A DNA stretch of 64,000 nt, taken from the NCBI GenBank assembly GCA_002633005.1, contig NMRA01000099.1, forward strand, positions 894,199-958,198, given 5' to 3'. Under the pieces are notes generated by a model that was not told where the DNA came from, searched no databases, and saw only the letters and a list, made by a program, of their open reading frames with translations. A program made the position numbers and the translations under genes. Below are positions 52,201 through 63,361 of the stretch, piece after piece. Position 1 is the first letter of the stretch. Each line of letters begins with the position of its first letter. This stretch comes from Phoronis australis (taxonomy: Eukaryota > Animalia > Phoronida).

Positions 52201-55200
52201 CGTTGCCTCGGTCAACGTAACTTTTCTCCTATAATTCGAAGAGACACTAGCCTAAACCTCAACCTGCCCTTCCTCAATGTGTTACGCCTTGAATTCATGT
52301 CTCTGTTTTCACAGTGGAAGTAAAAACAACGAAAATTCATCAAATTTACTCACCTTGCCTGGCTTCGCTTCTCGCGCCAAATTTCGTTCTCGATCGCGGG
52401 TTGCCCGGGGTGAATACAGGTGGCAGAACTAAGGGAACTAGACACGCTTAGTTCAGCAGGACTGTCAGTTACTTTCCGTGTACAAACCCACCTTCCACAA
52501 AAATACTTGTCTAAGTTTTCTTTCAGTTTGCTTATTGGGAAACAATCATAATTTATTTTCACATCACGCCAAACAACACAATTACAAAATAAAGTGGTTC
52601 GAAAGACTTGTCTCAGACTTTTTTAGCTTGAGAGCGTTATAGCATGATTGAGAGCAGGGTAGAGTTCAGCAGTTGTCTTGCGGTCAAACAATCTGACAAA
52701 ATCACATGTTCTCATTTAAAATACACGGCAATATATCGCGAAGTCCTAGTGTAGCGAGGTCCTTGCGTTATTGAACACTACCCAGCTCGATAAACTGGCT
52801 TGTCGTGTCGGGTTATTTTGTCGTGCGTGGTGTCAGTCAAGCACTTAAAAACTGTCGGTTGTTGCAAAGCTAATATTTGTCATTCTTTATTTAAGAAAAG
52901 AACAAACTGAGCTCACTGTTAACGATAAGTTGTCTTTATTCAAATGTAAGTTTTTAGACGGCCGAAGATTCTGAGCTTGTATCAGCCTTAAACACAGAAA
53001 AATACACTAATCCTGAAAGTACTAGATTCAAATTTTGAAAAGATAAAAACTTCTATTTGAACGTCCGAATTAGTTATCCTTCGGTTGAAATTTTCGTCAA
53101 AAGCGTCGCTCCGTTCTCACGGTTTAATACTACCACACTCCTTTCTCAGGGTTTGTTTGGAGTTATGACTCCATCCTTGCATTTTGAAGAATGGTGCAAC
53201 GTATTTTTTCACTCAAAACTGCTATTCAGCGTCATGCATAACCGCTTTGAGTGACCTGTATAGTGGAACAGCCTCATGACACTTCAACTGAAAGATGCCT
53301 AGAACCTAATTACAGAAATCGTCTTTACCCGCTAGGTTGGGCTATGGATCACGTTTAACGAACCTTGGATTGTTTCCTGGCTTGGCTATGGAGTGGCAGC
53401 ATTCGCTCCTGGCAAATACGATCCTGGAACAAATCCCTATACTGTGTCTCACAACTTGATCAAAGCACACGTTAAGGCTTGGCACACGTACAACGAGGAA
53501 TTTAGATCTAAACAAAAAGGTATGTTGGCATTGAACAACATTATTTAATATGAACTGTGTGATACTTCGAGTAAGTGCTTGTCAGCGAAAACCTCGAACA
53601 TACGTCACTAATCCTACTTGTCTACTGATTTTACTACATTGATCGATATTACTGAGTTTTGCGCTTTAGAAAAATTGATGATCATATCCATCAACAAAGA
53701 AGGGTTGCTTTTTGGCCATTCTACTGCAGTTATGAACCCGCCTTCCGTCGAAAGAAACCACTTTTGATTGATACCGTTTATCGGAAATGATATTTGTCTC
53801 AAATTGACCTGTAGTGAAAGTAGAAGGGATTTCTGGGTTTGGAAAAATTGACAGTTCTTCATTGCTTTGAAAGCAAGCTGTATAAGTTGACTTGTAACGG
53901 CATGTCGTATTTTATTCGCCCAGCATGGTCTCGAGCAATGAACAAACCGCCAATTCTTTTTAAGGCTAAAATTCACTTTTCATCTGAGTAAGGAAATACT
54001 TCAGACCAATTTCATAGCGGTAAGCGGTTTCAGTCAAAAGTGATTTTTTTCCAACGGAACGCGGGTTTTCGCATGATTTAACGAGAACTGGTATAAAGAT
54101 ACTCCAGTGCACTATGGTATTCATTTTGCAACAGGGCAAATCGGCATCACTCTTAATGGTGGCTGGTCGGAACCAAGGAACGCGAGCATTCCTGGAGACC
54201 TTGAGGCCTCAGAAAGAGCATTGCAGTTCGACATTGGGTGGTTCGCGAATCCCATCTTTGTAAACGGAGATTACCCTGAAATAATGAAAACACGTGTCAA
54301 CAGTAACAGCATGGCTCAGAATCTGACCAAGTCGAGACTTCCGGAATTTTCTGACGAAGAGAAGAGACGTAATAAAGGTGAAAAGCGAAACTTTTTTGCT
54401 CCTATTACAGAATTTTCTGTTATTTCCTGTGAGGGGACAGAAGCTGCTTCATCTTAAAGACACTGATTTATTTGGAAATGATTTAATTTCATCGCTGTAC
54501 CCATCTTCACTGTTATCATTATTATTTGGTGACAAAACTCACACGTACTTCTCGAGATACAATCTCAACTCGAGATGAATGTAAGAAGATTAACTTCGCA
54601 AACTTCGCATCGAAAGTGAGCAGATAACCATTAACATTTTATCATTTTATCACCAGTTGTAATTAAGACTGAAAGATAAGAACACGTCTTATCTACAAAC
54701 GTTGTGCGTGTTGTCTCAGCCGTCACAGATTAGTCTAGCCAGTGTCACGTCGTTCTTCCGTCACTTGGATTTGGTGATAAATGTTCCTAGTTTTCATTGG
54801 ATACGTGATGACTCATCACGTAACTAGAAACCGGGTGAATTTATCACCAAAAAATGCCACTTTCATTTCGGCTTAAGCAGACATTTTCCCATCAAAAGAC
54901 TTGGTGTTCCTGAATTCACGTAAGGTAGACCTCAAACCTCTAATTATAAATAGGTCAATGTTTTGTTGTCTTGACTTCACCCAACAAAACTATTTTCAGT
55001 AGGTCGGACCAAATCACTGACTCTCATTGGTCAATGCGATGGAATCACGATACAGAACTGTTCTTAGGTCAGTTTCCGATCATTAGACACATTTAGATTT
55101 TTATGATTACTTTTACTAAGAGTCGTTTGAAAGAAAATAGTGTTCGATCAAAATTGTGTTAGATTTCCAAGTATTTTTCTTCTAACTCAAACGCAACCTC

Positions 55201-58200
55201 GACGTTTGATTTACTTTAAAATGCAGGCGATCAGAATGAGTTCTATCGGTACGGCAGGTGAACACTGTTATCCAAATTGTATAATATGTACGTAGTTTTC
55301 TCGCCACAAAAATGGTGACAGAAATATTTATGGTCTGCATTGCTGGATCAAGCCTGGCTGCCGTACCACGCGCCTACACAGTGCATGGGCATGGCTACTC
55401 AGCAACTGGAGTGAAGGTCAATTCTTACCGAAAAGTCAGAAACTGGCGAGCTGGCTGAATAATGTAATCATGGTCAAAAGTGGAATCTCTGATTTATTAA
55501 ACACGACAAATTATTTCAAAACTCGGTTTTCAAGGTGCTTAAATGACAAAATGTTACTATTTAACAAGAAAGTATGTTTTCAATTTATGTTGTCGGCCAT
55601 CTTAGATCTAAGGCCACGATTCGGGCTTTTGTAACAATCTCTAAAAATGAATAACATGGAGTGGGTCGGATTTGACAGCAATTTTGTGAGCAAACGGGAA
55701 GTGATTGTCACGAATGCTATTCAATACTCCCTTGAAGTTGTTTTGAGTAAATGGATTCCAGAAATGGCCTCTGCTCCTGTCTTCTCGGTTACGAAAGTGC
55801 CGCCATTTTCAGGGTGCAGCCGCAATTTCAGCGTTGAATTTTGGGCGCGAATTCAGGCACCCTTCAGACAAGTGCAAATTGTCAAAAATCTGGTTAATAA
55901 TGACATATTTTAACCTAAATTTCTTGAATCTAAAGTGCAAGAGCATTCAGATTCTTGTCTCCTCTTTTGCTCCGCGTCAGCTGTGAATTTGTGATTGTAG
56001 GTAAAAAAGGCATCAAATTTTCTCCGGTTGACGTAGCAAGGTCAACACATGGCTTTGTTGAATTTCTTCATCTTAACCCCATAGAGTTTGGTTTCTGTCA
56101 GTTATGCCTTGTCTCAGGTAACTTGAGACAAACAAGGGTTTTCGTTGACCCAGACTGAATAGGCTCCGACTCGGCTTCAGAGGCCGAAGAATGCAGCAGT
56201 GTGTTAAAAACTAATCACGTGGTGTTTTAAGTAAAAGTATATACGTAATAAATGTTCATAGAAACTAAAGCTCTATTACCACCACACAATGGCTTTAGAT
56301 GTTTTACTTCCCGACTACGAGTTCACGTCGTATCGGTATCATTCAAGTTGTAACACCAAGTTGAAGTATTTCTAAGGATTACCAAGGTTTATTTAGATCA
56401 GCTCGCTCTCAAATAATCAATTTTTTAAGGTGTTTCTGCCAACACCTCCATGACCTGATTGCGGCGCCAGTTGTGCTTCTCAATGAAACGAGAACCTTCT
56501 GATGGGACAAAAAGTGGGGAAGGTCTGATTTACGATAACAACTGCAAAAAATGTTTTCATTATCTAAATAAATCATAAGTGAAACATTGCAGGTTACGAA
56601 ATATTCCTAAGCTATATTATCCTCAGTGAAATGGTGCGTTTTTAAACTGACTGAGAGAACATTCAGACGTCTGGAAAATTTTGCTGAAATGGATTCGGTT
56701 TCATTAATACATTGCAACTGAATATTATGAAAAATTGTATGTGCGATGGATGCATTAGTAGCAATCCGACAGACAATATTTCAGTTTTTGTGTTTCATAA
56801 GGACCCTAAGATCGCCCAGAAATTGCACAGGTTCGTGCGTCGAGCACGGGCACGGCAGCACACGGTGCGTCCAGTTCAGCTAGGCTGCGCTGTGCTCAGT
56901 CAATTTTGAAGAATCGTGTTTCGATCCGTCGAACGGAAATTTGATGAAGGTTTCTCTAACGTGTAAGTGCATTTGATGGAGAAAAAAGTGTATTGTGTTG
57001 CACAATTGCTGGGAATGTAGTTGTGTGGCATATATTGAGTGAGAGCCTCAGCATCAAATTGTGACTGAAATAATGAATGTGATTGCAGTAAGTTTTCATC
57101 ACTCTGATTTTATGGGAATGCATACTATCAATGCCCAATAGTAGAAATCTGGATGTATTGAGACGACACGCCAATAGTTTGAGGTCAAGACCACAGCCGG
57201 CACAGGGGGCTGGAGTCGGACACTGGACCGAAATAATCGACCAATTGGAACAGTACAAAGCTTTCATAATTATGGAACAGACATGACAGAAACGAGTGTC
57301 ATTTACCAGAAATAAAATCCAGTTAGAATCACTATAATTAGATATGATCGTTCCTGACAAATGCATTCGGTATTCGAAGAAATGAAATCAGTGTCCGCTA
57401 ATCGCGACTGTGCTTTGATAGTCAAAGTAAAAATTTCGGTTAGATTTACAGTTCGAGACACATATTACTAGACAGTAATACCTCCATACCTCTCTTCATA
57501 ATACTAGTCAAGCTCTCTCGCTAAGTCTTCGTAACTCACAAAATCACTATTATCCGCCACTGCACATGTACTGTCAACTGATCAACGTCTTCCACTGATG
57601 GGCGGGAAACCAAAAAACATTAATTTTTCTTTAAAATTCAAAAATTTTCAATTGTTTACCAAAATAAGTTCTTGTTTAGTTAGATTTTGTGTTAGAAAAT
57701 TGTCAAACACGGTCCAAAACCTCACAAAATGTAAAAATTCTATTGTAGGAACTGCCTTTTGACTTTTTGTAGGAACTTCGGACTTCTTTGGCCTTAATTT
57801 CTACACATCAAGTCTGGTGTTTAGCGACTACAAACCTTTAATGCCACCCAATTACGAGAATGATAAAGGTAACGGTGGTGGTGTGGACCCAAGCTGGCCA
57901 GGGTAAGCATCATGGTTTGGAGCCCAAGTCAAATCAGGATAGGGCATCCTTGTTGCTGCAGAAGCACCATAGGTTGTAGACATCAAAGTCGCAACTCCGG
58001 TATTTTCTCATGAAGTTCTTGCGGGAGGCGCCACTATACTTCATGAGGTAATCCCAGCTTCCGGTTTGTGATGGGAAATACTGGCATCTATTTTATTGCC
58101 TAGCAATATGAAAGAAGATTTTTCGGCATTGGAAACCATTCAAAGCTTTGCTTCAGTAGAATTCTCGGTATCGTAAGTAATTAAGGCAATAATTCCAGAA

Positions 58201-61075
58201 GTGCAGTTGAAAAATTCAATGCAAAATTGAAACTGTAACGATTCTTACCACAGTCAGCAGATGGACTGATACCTAGCAGAGACTAGACGGCTCCGATCTA
58301 CTTTGGCTTAGGGTCGGTAATGCAAATGCGTCCAGTAACTTAGCAATGAAGGCGGGCCCTCCCAGCAAGGGCACATATATTGGTCCCCTCATCACAATAA
58401 TTGTCCGTCCCGGATTACACAGCGACACTCGAATCTCCCTGCATTTAAAGGAGAATGCCACCCGATTTAATTAGTCTTTTTTGCCGTCTTAATCGGTCTA
58501 TGTCCACATCGCCTCGCATACGGTCGACCTTACCTTGCCAAGAGGTGTCGCGTTAACCTGTGAGGAAGGTGAGAAACGACGCTAGCGACGTCAGTGGTTC
58601 ATGTGCAGAGTGAATGACGCTATGTTGCAGTGCATCGTTCCCGCTTGTCCGAATCTAGGAATCAATATTGGTTCCTAGTCCGAAATAAGCAGCTGCGAGG
58701 AAAGCGGGAATATCGTTTTTTTCTTCCTCGAGAGTCCGAAATGCTTAGGAAGTGGCTCACGGTAGTGAAGAATGAAATGTACGCTGTAAATAGCAAGTAT
58801 GAGGCCGTGAAACATCTCCGTGTCTGTGGCCTGCAGACGTAGACAGTGCCTGACGAATGCCGGCTTACCAAATAACTCCATGCGTTCCGTTGTCTGAGCT
58901 TGTTCACGGCGCCTTTCTAGTATTTCTCCATCACTGTATTCCTGTTCGAATTGATAGCCTGTAAAACTTAACGCTCCACCTGCGAAGTTGGGACTGATGA
59001 GCTCTAGCTCGTCCTAAGTCGGGATTGCGACTGAGTTGCAATGTTGGCGCTTATTACTGAGCTTTCGGTTTCAAAATGAATTATTTTCACCATAAACAAT
59101 ACTTCTATAAAACTGAAACAAAGTCTGTCTCATTAGATGCAATTTGTAATGCCTTTGGAGTGTTCGTGAGTGCAAATGATTTGAGAAGCCAGCAATGAAT
59201 AAATCACTGCGTTACCGGCCTTTAGGTGCAATAAAACTAATTGACGGGACACCTAGACCGTGTGAGCTTATGCTAATTTAGTGTTAGCTGGTAGAAACTG
59301 TTATGAAACAACTCGATGTCCTTCCCACACGGCCAGGTATTAGGGAAATCTTTATTTACATTTACATTACTCAAATAATGATTGTCAAAGTACAACTTCT
59401 GCCCTGACGGTGCTGTGGTCAAAGCGGAACCTGAATTCGCGGCCCCCGACGAGCGAGTAGATTTGCAGTTTCGTGGCTAATTCACCAACATAATCAGGTG
59501 CACATTACTTTGGCTCAGTAGTATAGTATTTTCTTGACTGAACATTGGCTGGTTTATGTTCGTGATGTCTGATCAGTTTCCGATCCACTGGCGGGGATAA
59601 CTAGTCAATCCGGCCGGCCGCGACGGGCCTGATCGGGCTCCGAGCCACTGGCCAGGCTAACAAGCGTTTTGTGTTTAGAACAAAAAAATCACAAGTCTAA
59701 ACAACACAGATCTAGGTTCTCCTGTCTGTATCTCACGGAAAAGACTTCGAAATTATCTCCGCACAGACCCCAAACTCCTGCTACGGACCTTATTGGCCTC
59801 ACTGCCGAACTTTGTAGGCTACGGTGTGTCCAAATACCAATAAATCCGTAAGAGCGAAATAAAACAACACGTTTTTATAAGAACTCGGTGTATTCTTAAG
59901 AGTTTTACATCGAAATTTGATGATTTATTGGAGTTAAACGATGACTTCAAGCGATAAGCTGACGCCAGTTGTGAACTGCTGAACAGACTACGTGTGAAAC
60001 CGATGACGTCATTGGATAATTTCAACACCTCTGTCTGCCGTCAGGTGTCAGGTAACGCTACCGTACGTGTCGTTATGGAGTAGAACTACTCGATCTAAAT
60101 TGATACAAATTAGGTTGTTTTTGGGTGGCATGCTCCTTTAACAACAATGCTGTAATCCGTCAATCACTTTTGTCTTTCGTTGTGTAATCTGGGACGGTCC
60201 TAGTGCAGTACTACAGCTGGAGTTCAAGATATGAAATATCACAAAGATGCAAAGAAGAATGTGAAAGTTTAAATGCATTGTTTATGTTTGAAGATCTTGT
60301 TCGGATTGGTTGAAAGTGACACCCTTCGGGTTGCGGAAAATACTGGGATGGATCAAAAAGACGTACAACAATCCACCAGTCTACGTCACTGAGAACGGCG
60401 TGTCTGACTGCAATGGGACATTGGATGACGAACCACGTGTTTATTACTACAAACACTACATTAATGAAATGCTGAAAGGTTTGTTTGAAACTTCATAGAA
60501 ATTCTGTACCGAAGATTGAAGAAAGGTCACCTTTGTAGCTCATTAATTCGGAGTCGTACCAAATTACTTACAGCAGTTTACTGCTTATGAATGTGATGTT
60601 TGTTGCAACTAACCATGTTTTATTTAAGCCTCCCAATGTTTTGCTCGAGGAATAGTCATTCAGAAAAGTTTGCACTTTTTGAGAGTATAGTTCTTAAAGA
60701 ATACCCCATGGTGCTTTTTCAAGGGTGTTTTTAAAAATCTCTTTAATTAATCTTATTTGCTGGTATTGTTCTTTTCTTTCAGCAATCCAACTTGACGACT
60801 GCAATGTTAAAGGGTACACAGCCTGGTCACTTATGGACAATTTTGAATGGGGAAGTGGCTATTCGGAGAAATTCGGCATTCATTACGTAAATTTCAGCCA
60901 CCCATCGCGACCACGGACCCCAAAGAAGTCAGCCAAATATCTTAAGCAACTTTTTCTTGATAACGGATTCCCAGATCCAAACGTCACCCCAAGGCCCATT
61001 AATGCGTCACCATTTCTTAAATTCAACTTAATCTCTTTGTTTCTCACAGTGTCTCTAGAGCTTTTAAGTCTTTGA
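43220..61075 (+). CDS. Glycoside hydrolase family 1 beta-glycosidase (lactase-phlorizin hydrolase-like, single domain), paralog B, 8 exons, ~524 aa, signal peptide and probable GPI anchor
   Basis: Exons: 43220-43367, 44945-45075, 47728-47988, 53336-53519, 54135-54377, 57773-57902, 60294-60478, 60783-61075; total 1575 nt, same intron positions and phases as paralog A. Signal peptide [16 protein letters not shown]. Motifs [49 protein letters not shown]-terminal NAS...[15 protein letters not shown] tail. Confidence 0.94.
48783..48915. repeat. ~130-bp fold-back palindrome (possibly Crypton-type non-autonomous element)
   Basis: GGATTATTACATG..GTCGTTATCCCCCTTA..AGAGCCC..GTGGATTTTGGAG, loop ATAATT, then the mirrored complement arm. 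Confidence 0.7.
48925..48980 (+). pseudogene. Degenerate copy of the 3' end of GH1-B exon 3
   Basis: ACGATTGCACACGACTCATGTTTCAAGAACTTGG versus exon ACGATTACGCACGACTCATGTTTCAAGAACTCGG (47948-47981). Confidence 0.75.
49006..49162. mobile_element. Small hAT-like MITE
   Basis: CAGAGTTCGA / TCGAACGCTG ends; 8-bp flanks AATGTAAT / AATGCAGT. Confidence 0.55.
49510..52412. mobile_element. 2.9-kb DNA transposon derivative with CAC...GTG termini, 28-bp TIRs and 5-bp TSD
   Basis: TIR CACCCCGG(C/G)CAACCCGCGATCGAGAACG at 49510-49537 and 52385-52412 (1 mismatch). AATAC duplicated at 49505-49509 and 52413-52417. Extra GCGATCGAGAACG-like motifs at 49546, ~49907, ~51986 and ~52018. Confidence 0.88.
58622..58842 (+). 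pseudogene. Frameshifted THAP zinc-finger remnant (transposon-derived) in GH1-B intron 6
   Basis: [11 protein letters not shown] ... GISFF / [12 protein letters not shown] ... HLRVCGL across three frames with an internal stop. Matches the THAP C-x4-C ... P ... W ... C pattern; the final His is lost. Confidence 0.65.
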
Positions 61076-61813
61076 ATATATAAATCAAGCCATAGTAGGC
61101 CTAAGCAATACTATATTACTGAGCTTTATTCGTTTGCTAGATAAACTCCAAGGCGCTTCAGCATACTGGATAATCAAAAGGCAAATGGACATTCCTGAAC
61201 CTTTTTGTTTCGTAGGCCTTCCACTAGTAACTTCCGGAAACCACGTGATATGTTTTGAATTTAGAGAATTGGCTCATACGAGTAATTTCACACATTTGAC
61301 ATTTTGTGATCAGCAGTAGACTACCACAGATAAAACTAATGTAATATGAGCTTAATTTCGCTCTTGCATAGCTTGTGCTTTTAAAGTCTTTTTTGCGTTT
61401 TGAGGAATTCCATATCAACCTGATGACATGTTATTTGGTTGGTTGTCTAATTTGTGTTCAGTAAACGTCTTACAAGACACGAGGTGTAAGTAAATGATTG
61501 ACACGACGAGACGAACGGTGTCGGAGTGCTTGTTCTCGTGGCGTATTACGCTTTCTCCCTAGAATTACACCAGTCCACAGCGTGCTTTTGAAGGTCTTCA
61601 ACATACTGTCCGGGATATAATGCAGTGGTGTTAGTTCGTGCGCAACTACTGGGTAACGTTCCATAGACAAAGTTTTTTGGAGAAAAGCAACATCTTGAAA
61701 CACGTCATAAGACCACGTGAGTGAAGGGCGAGTGTATCGCGATATATACTCGAGCGCTTACTAGACCATCCTAACAAAATGTCGGGCACTGGATTGATAG
61801 GACGGTTAGACTG

Positions 61814-62046
61814 CATGAGCGTACCCAGGGGAGGGGCTCGGGGCTCGTTCCCCACTTGGCGAAGTGGGCAAAAAGGTCACTCACAGAAAAAAGTAGACAA
61901 TGAGATAAAAGTGCATTAAAAAGGCAGGAACCACCAAAATTCTGCGAATGCACTATTCATAGCCCAGAACGTACCCCGTGAATCTTAGTAAAAGGTCCAC
62001 ATTCTCAAAATTCGAGCCCCCAATTTTTAGGCTGGGTGCGCGCATG
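61814..62046 (+). mobile_element. hAT-like MITE with 5-bp TSD; relative at ~3087-3310 (minus)
   Basis: CATGAGCGTACCCAG / CTGGGTGCGCGCATG ends; GACTG duplicated at 61809-61813 and 62047-62051. Internal sequence aligns with the reverse complement of ~3087-3310. Confidence 0.75.
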
Positions 62047-62374
62047 GACTGAAATGTTGAAGTGTGGACTGAAATTCTGTTTTTTTCTGTTCTATTAGTG
62101 AAGATTTTTCGCCGCAAATACAAGCTGTCTAAGGGTCTACAGAACGATGCCCGGCGGACGCAAACGACTCCTTCAGACACGACATTTATTTTGATGCTAT
62201 AATACTACAATACTGCTTAGAGGACAGATCAGCTAATGAATTATTAGACTCTGGTAAATTGATTTTTGTACAGAATAATAACAAAATGAACAAAAAACGA
62301 ATGGCGTTTTACGAATTCTCTATAGGCTTTTTGACATTAAAAAAAAAACTCAAAAAGTTACCAAATAAGGAAAC

Positions 62375-62417
62375 GAACACTGTCAGTGTTGTGACTGTCA
62401 CAGCACTGACAGTGTTC
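62375..62417. repeat. 43-bp near-perfect palindrome
   Basis: GAACACTGTCAGTGTTGTGAC-T-GTCACAGCACTGACAGTGTTC, one G-T mismatch. Confidence 0.8.
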
Positions 62418-63361
62418 TACATTGCACGACCTGGGAGCACGCGCCTTTCCAAGCAATTTGAAAAGTCTGCGGTGATGCAAGTAAAGACAGCATTGGTGGC
62501 GATCCAGGATTTTTTAATTTGGCGACGATATGAAGTAAATTATGATAATTTAAGGGAAGGACAATTCGATTCAGTTATCTATGTCCCTCAGATGCTTGTT
62601 TTCCCTACAGGCCAAATATTAAAGGGTTATGCTCCTCTCCGTTTTTTGTCCAGGAATTGGAAAGAAATAAACACCAAAAGATGTTTTAAATACCACTTGT
62701 TGCTCTTGGTTTCGTTGCCATACTATGAATGAAATAAGAGAAACGATTAGCTATTGGAGACCCGGTATTTATTTGAGACCCAGCATTTGTAAAATTCAGC
62801 ATACCTTATCCTAGCCGTACCCGGCAATTTGGCATTGACAGGCCCAGTTGTACACTATATTCAGACACCACGAGAATCTACAAATTTCGGGTTTTGCAAA
62901 TCAACATTGTTTATCTGTGTCTTGCATCAGTGAAGCTCGTCTAGAAATAAATAGGCGAGGCCAGGAATGATTTATTTGTGTGAAAGCCTTTCTGTTGCTT
63001 GCTCGATGTTTCCGTTTTCACAGTCATGCTCACGTACGTGCATGTCCAAACCGTAAGCCAGGACATATTTATTTGTCTAACTTGACTCCAGGCTACAAGC
63101 CAGGCTTTTAGATACCTGTAATCAACGTCCTTTCAAACACAGCGTGAAAGTTGTGATGTGATCAAGATTTTCCTTAACGTCTTTAAATTTTATCTAAATA
63201 ATTTGCCGAAACCGAGCCCAAGCAGCACGGTCAGTTGTGTTGTATTAGTTTCGGATGGATCACTAATAGACGCCATTTCTCATACTTGAATCATACACAC
63301 AGACTTACTCAAGTTAGTCCTGAAACGAGTTGTCGCTAGGTTTGAGGGCTGTATGACCGCT

